Program-made: the position numbers and the translations under genes | Source of the DNA: Phycisphaerales bacterium | Lineage (GTDB): Bacteria > Planctomycetota > Phycisphaerae > Phycisphaerales > SM1A02 | Direction of reading: 5' to 3' | NCBI GenBank assembly: GCA_009692015.1 | Contig: SIAB01000001.1 | Location: forward strand, 1-58,690 | Length of the DNA stretch: 58,690 nucleotides | The notes under the pieces: generated by a model | Database searches by the model: none | What the model saw: the letters and a program-made list of their open reading frames with translations, nothing else | What the model was told of the DNA's origin: nothing | In this document: positions 56,994-58,690 of the stretch, in pieces | Layout of the letters: every line of letters begins with the position of its first letter | Position numbering within the stretch: the first letter of the stretch is position 1

Positions 56994-58172
56994 ATGCACC
57001 CCCAGAACGCGCCAGACCACAACTGTCCGCACGACCCGAGCGATGGCGCGGGGATCGCGGCATGGGCAGTGCAGCGCGGGCGCTCGCTGGGCTTTGCAGC
57101 GGTTGGAATCTGTGATGCTTCACCAAGTCGTCGCGGAGATCAACTGCGGGGCTGGCTCGCAGCACAGAAACATGGATCCATGGATTGGATGGAACGCAAC
57201 ATCGAAGTGCGGCTCGACCCCGCAAGGCTGGTCGTTGGTGCGCAGAGCATCGTTGTTGTTGCCGATCGTTATCACGATGGTCGGCCCGACCGACGACCCG
57301 CGCAGCTGATCGATCCAATCTCTGGGTTGCATTCTGCGGCGGGGAGAACTGCCCGGTACGCGCGAGGGCGTGACTATCACCGCCGAATCAAGAAGCGATT
57401 GCGACGATTGCAACGAGAGCTCGAGTTGGCGCTGCCGGGTACACGCGGGAAAGTCTGCTGCGATATCGAGCCAGTGATGGAGCGCGAAATGGCAGAACGG
57501 GCGGGACTGGGAGCGAGCGGAAAGCACACGCTGCTCATCCTTCCACAACTTGGTTCGTGGGTTCTGCTCGCCTGTTTCGTCACGACCGCGCGATTGCAAC
57601 CGAGCGTCCCAAACGAGTCCGAGCCCTCCGATCCTTGCGGGTCCTGCACCCGCTGCATCGATGCCTGCCCGACGCAAGCAATCACCCCATGGTCGGTCGA
57701 TGGCGCGCGCTGCATCAGTGCCATCACGATCGAGGCGCGTCAGGCGGTCGAACCCGCGCTGGCATCCAAGGCGCGTGATTGGCTTTTCGGGTGTGACATC
57801 TGCCAAGAAGTCTGTCCGCACAATCAGCCCACGCGGCTCTCTCGGCGGGTCGGGTTCCACAGCGAGTATGACGGTCGCAACGCTTCGTTTTCGTTGATCG
57901 AAGTTCTTGGGTGGGATGAGATCACGCGGCGCAAGGCCTTCGGCCCCAGCCCGCTCAATCGGGTGAAGGCAGCGCACGCGAGGCGAAATGCAGTCTGGTG
58001 TGCCCTCGAAGTGCTCGAAAGATCGGCAGATCCGCCACTCGACAGCGCCCTCAGGGCGATCGCCTCAGATCGGGACGAAGACGAGATGGTTCGCGCGGCG
58101 GCGATTGAGGTGGTTGCACGAATCGATCGTCACTTGCTGGGATCCACCGCGCCGCCTGACATCATGCTCTGA
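56994..58172 (+). CDS. queG: Epoxyqueuosine reductase QueG
   Basis: Two 4Fe-4S motifs, CGSCTRCIDACPTQAI and CDICQEVCPHN, plus a C-terminal HEAT-like region. The ATG lies 1 nt after the hpnE stop. Confidence 0.9.
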   Translation: MHPQNAPDHNCPHDPSDGAGIAAWAVQRGRSLGFAAVGICDASPSRRGDQLRGWLAAQKHGSMDWMERNIEVRLDPARLVVGAQSIVVVADRYHDGRPDRRPAQLIDPISGLHSAAGRTARYARGRDYHRRIKKRLRRLQRELELALPGTRGKVCCDIEPVMEREMAERAGLGASGKHTLLILPQLGSWVLLACFVTTARLQPSVPNESEPSDPCGSCTRCIDACPTQAITPWSVDGARCISAITIEARQAVEPALASKARDWLFGCDICQEVCPHNQPTRLSRRVGFHSEYDGRNASFSLIEVLGWDEITRRKAFGPSPLNRVKAAHARRNAVWCALEVLERSADPPLDSALRAIASDRDEDEMVRAAAIEVVARIDRHLLGSTAPPDIML

Positions 58173-58690
58173 ACCGCAGTCATCAGCGCCATCTGCACCG
58201 CGGGACCACTGGTGAGTTCGCCGCCTTGAACCTGGGCGGTGATCGCCGTGATCGTTCCGGTCAGACCTTTCATCATCGTTCCAGCCATCTGTATTTGTGC
58301 GCGCATCCCTTCGGTCATCTGCGCCGCGGTGGCATCGAGGTCGAGTTTCCAACCGCTGTCGGTGCTGACGGCGTTGAAAGAGAGCGATCCCTGCGGCCCG
58401 CCAAGCGAAATCGTTGCGGTGGAATCGGTCGGGTCTTCGACCGTCGCTGTCACTCCCTGCGATGTCATTGCGGAGAGCGGTCCCAGATCAGCTGAACCAA
58501 ACTTCTCCTTCATCGCGACTCGCAGCCCGGCGAGTGCCTTCTCGGCTCCAAAGGCGGTCGCCGCGAGCGAGTCACCCTCGGGAGTTGTGGCGATCAGGAG
58601 CGCGTCCAGTCCCAGCGTCATTTCAGGATCGCGCCTTGAGTCTCCCAAGAATGCAGCGAGGTCCTCGACGCTGCCGAATGGTGGACCATC
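58130..58690 (-). CDS. Hypothetical protein, 5'-partial (the ORF runs off the window edge)
   Basis: The frame is open from 58690 down to the stop at 58130. The protein is Thr/Ala/Gly/Met-rich and I recognise no motif. It overlaps the queG 3' end by 43 nt (convergent). Confidence 0.45.
   Translation of the reverse strand, partial: DGPPFGSVEDLAAFLGDSRRDPEMTLGLDALLIATTPEGDSLAATAFGAEKALAGLRVAMKEKFGSADLGPLSAMTSQGVTATVEDPTDSTATISLGGPQGSLSFNAVSTDSGWKLDLDATAAQMTEGMRAQIQMAGTMMKGLTGTITAITAQVQGGELTSGPAVQMALMTAVQSMMSGGAVDPSK

Overview
GC-rich, very compact bacterial chromosomal segment with about 48 CDS. Many genes have 1-8 nt start/stop overlaps, and several convergent gene pairs have abutting or overlapping stops. 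The content is mostly housekeeping. In window order: TonB-like, exbD and a STAS protein; gyrA; a TlyA-like methyltransferase; lpxI; a LOG-family protein; an O-antigen-ligase-like/TPR membrane protein; DUF4286; dsbD; nusA-infB-rbfA plus an unknown protein; yebC; a lipoprotein; TVP38 and TauE membrane proteins; comM; putA; a glycogen-synthase-like glycosyltransferase plus a small acidic protein; prmC; a PAS-GAF-REC regulator; an ABC ATPase, a GldF/GldG-like fusion and DUF4340; ribD and fusA; an RNase HII-like protein; fbaB; a CxxCH protein plus a P1B ATPase; gpsA; rluD plus a TPR-like membrane protein; a HAD hydrolase; a PEP-CTERM remnant; a 1158-aa Ior-like protein; rlmN; ispH; hpnC-hpnD-hpnE-queG. 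I saw no rRNA, tRNA, CRISPR array, transposase, integrase or phage genes. The PEP-CTERM tail, the single CxxCH...MPPW domain, the GldFG-DUF4340 cluster and hpnCDE suggest a PVC/Planctomycetota-like organism; this is inference only. I could not identify a clear new multi-gene defence or secretion system. The items most worth a second look are: (1) a near-consensus promoter, a ~270-nt non-coding structured region and a canonical terminator directly upstream of nusA, where rimP would normally sit; (2) a large indolepyruvate-oxidoreductase-family protein whose cofactor motifs look degenerate; (3) an HhH-GPD-like protein with a basic tail, translationally coupled to rbfA; (4) an ExbD/TonB-like pair with a STAS protein in the ExbB position; (5) the ispH/hpnCDE/queG squalene locus; (6) a P1B ATPase with a CPG motif and no N-terminal metal-binding domain, followed by a CxxCH protein. 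All functional calls rest on by-eye motif recognition. No database search was run.
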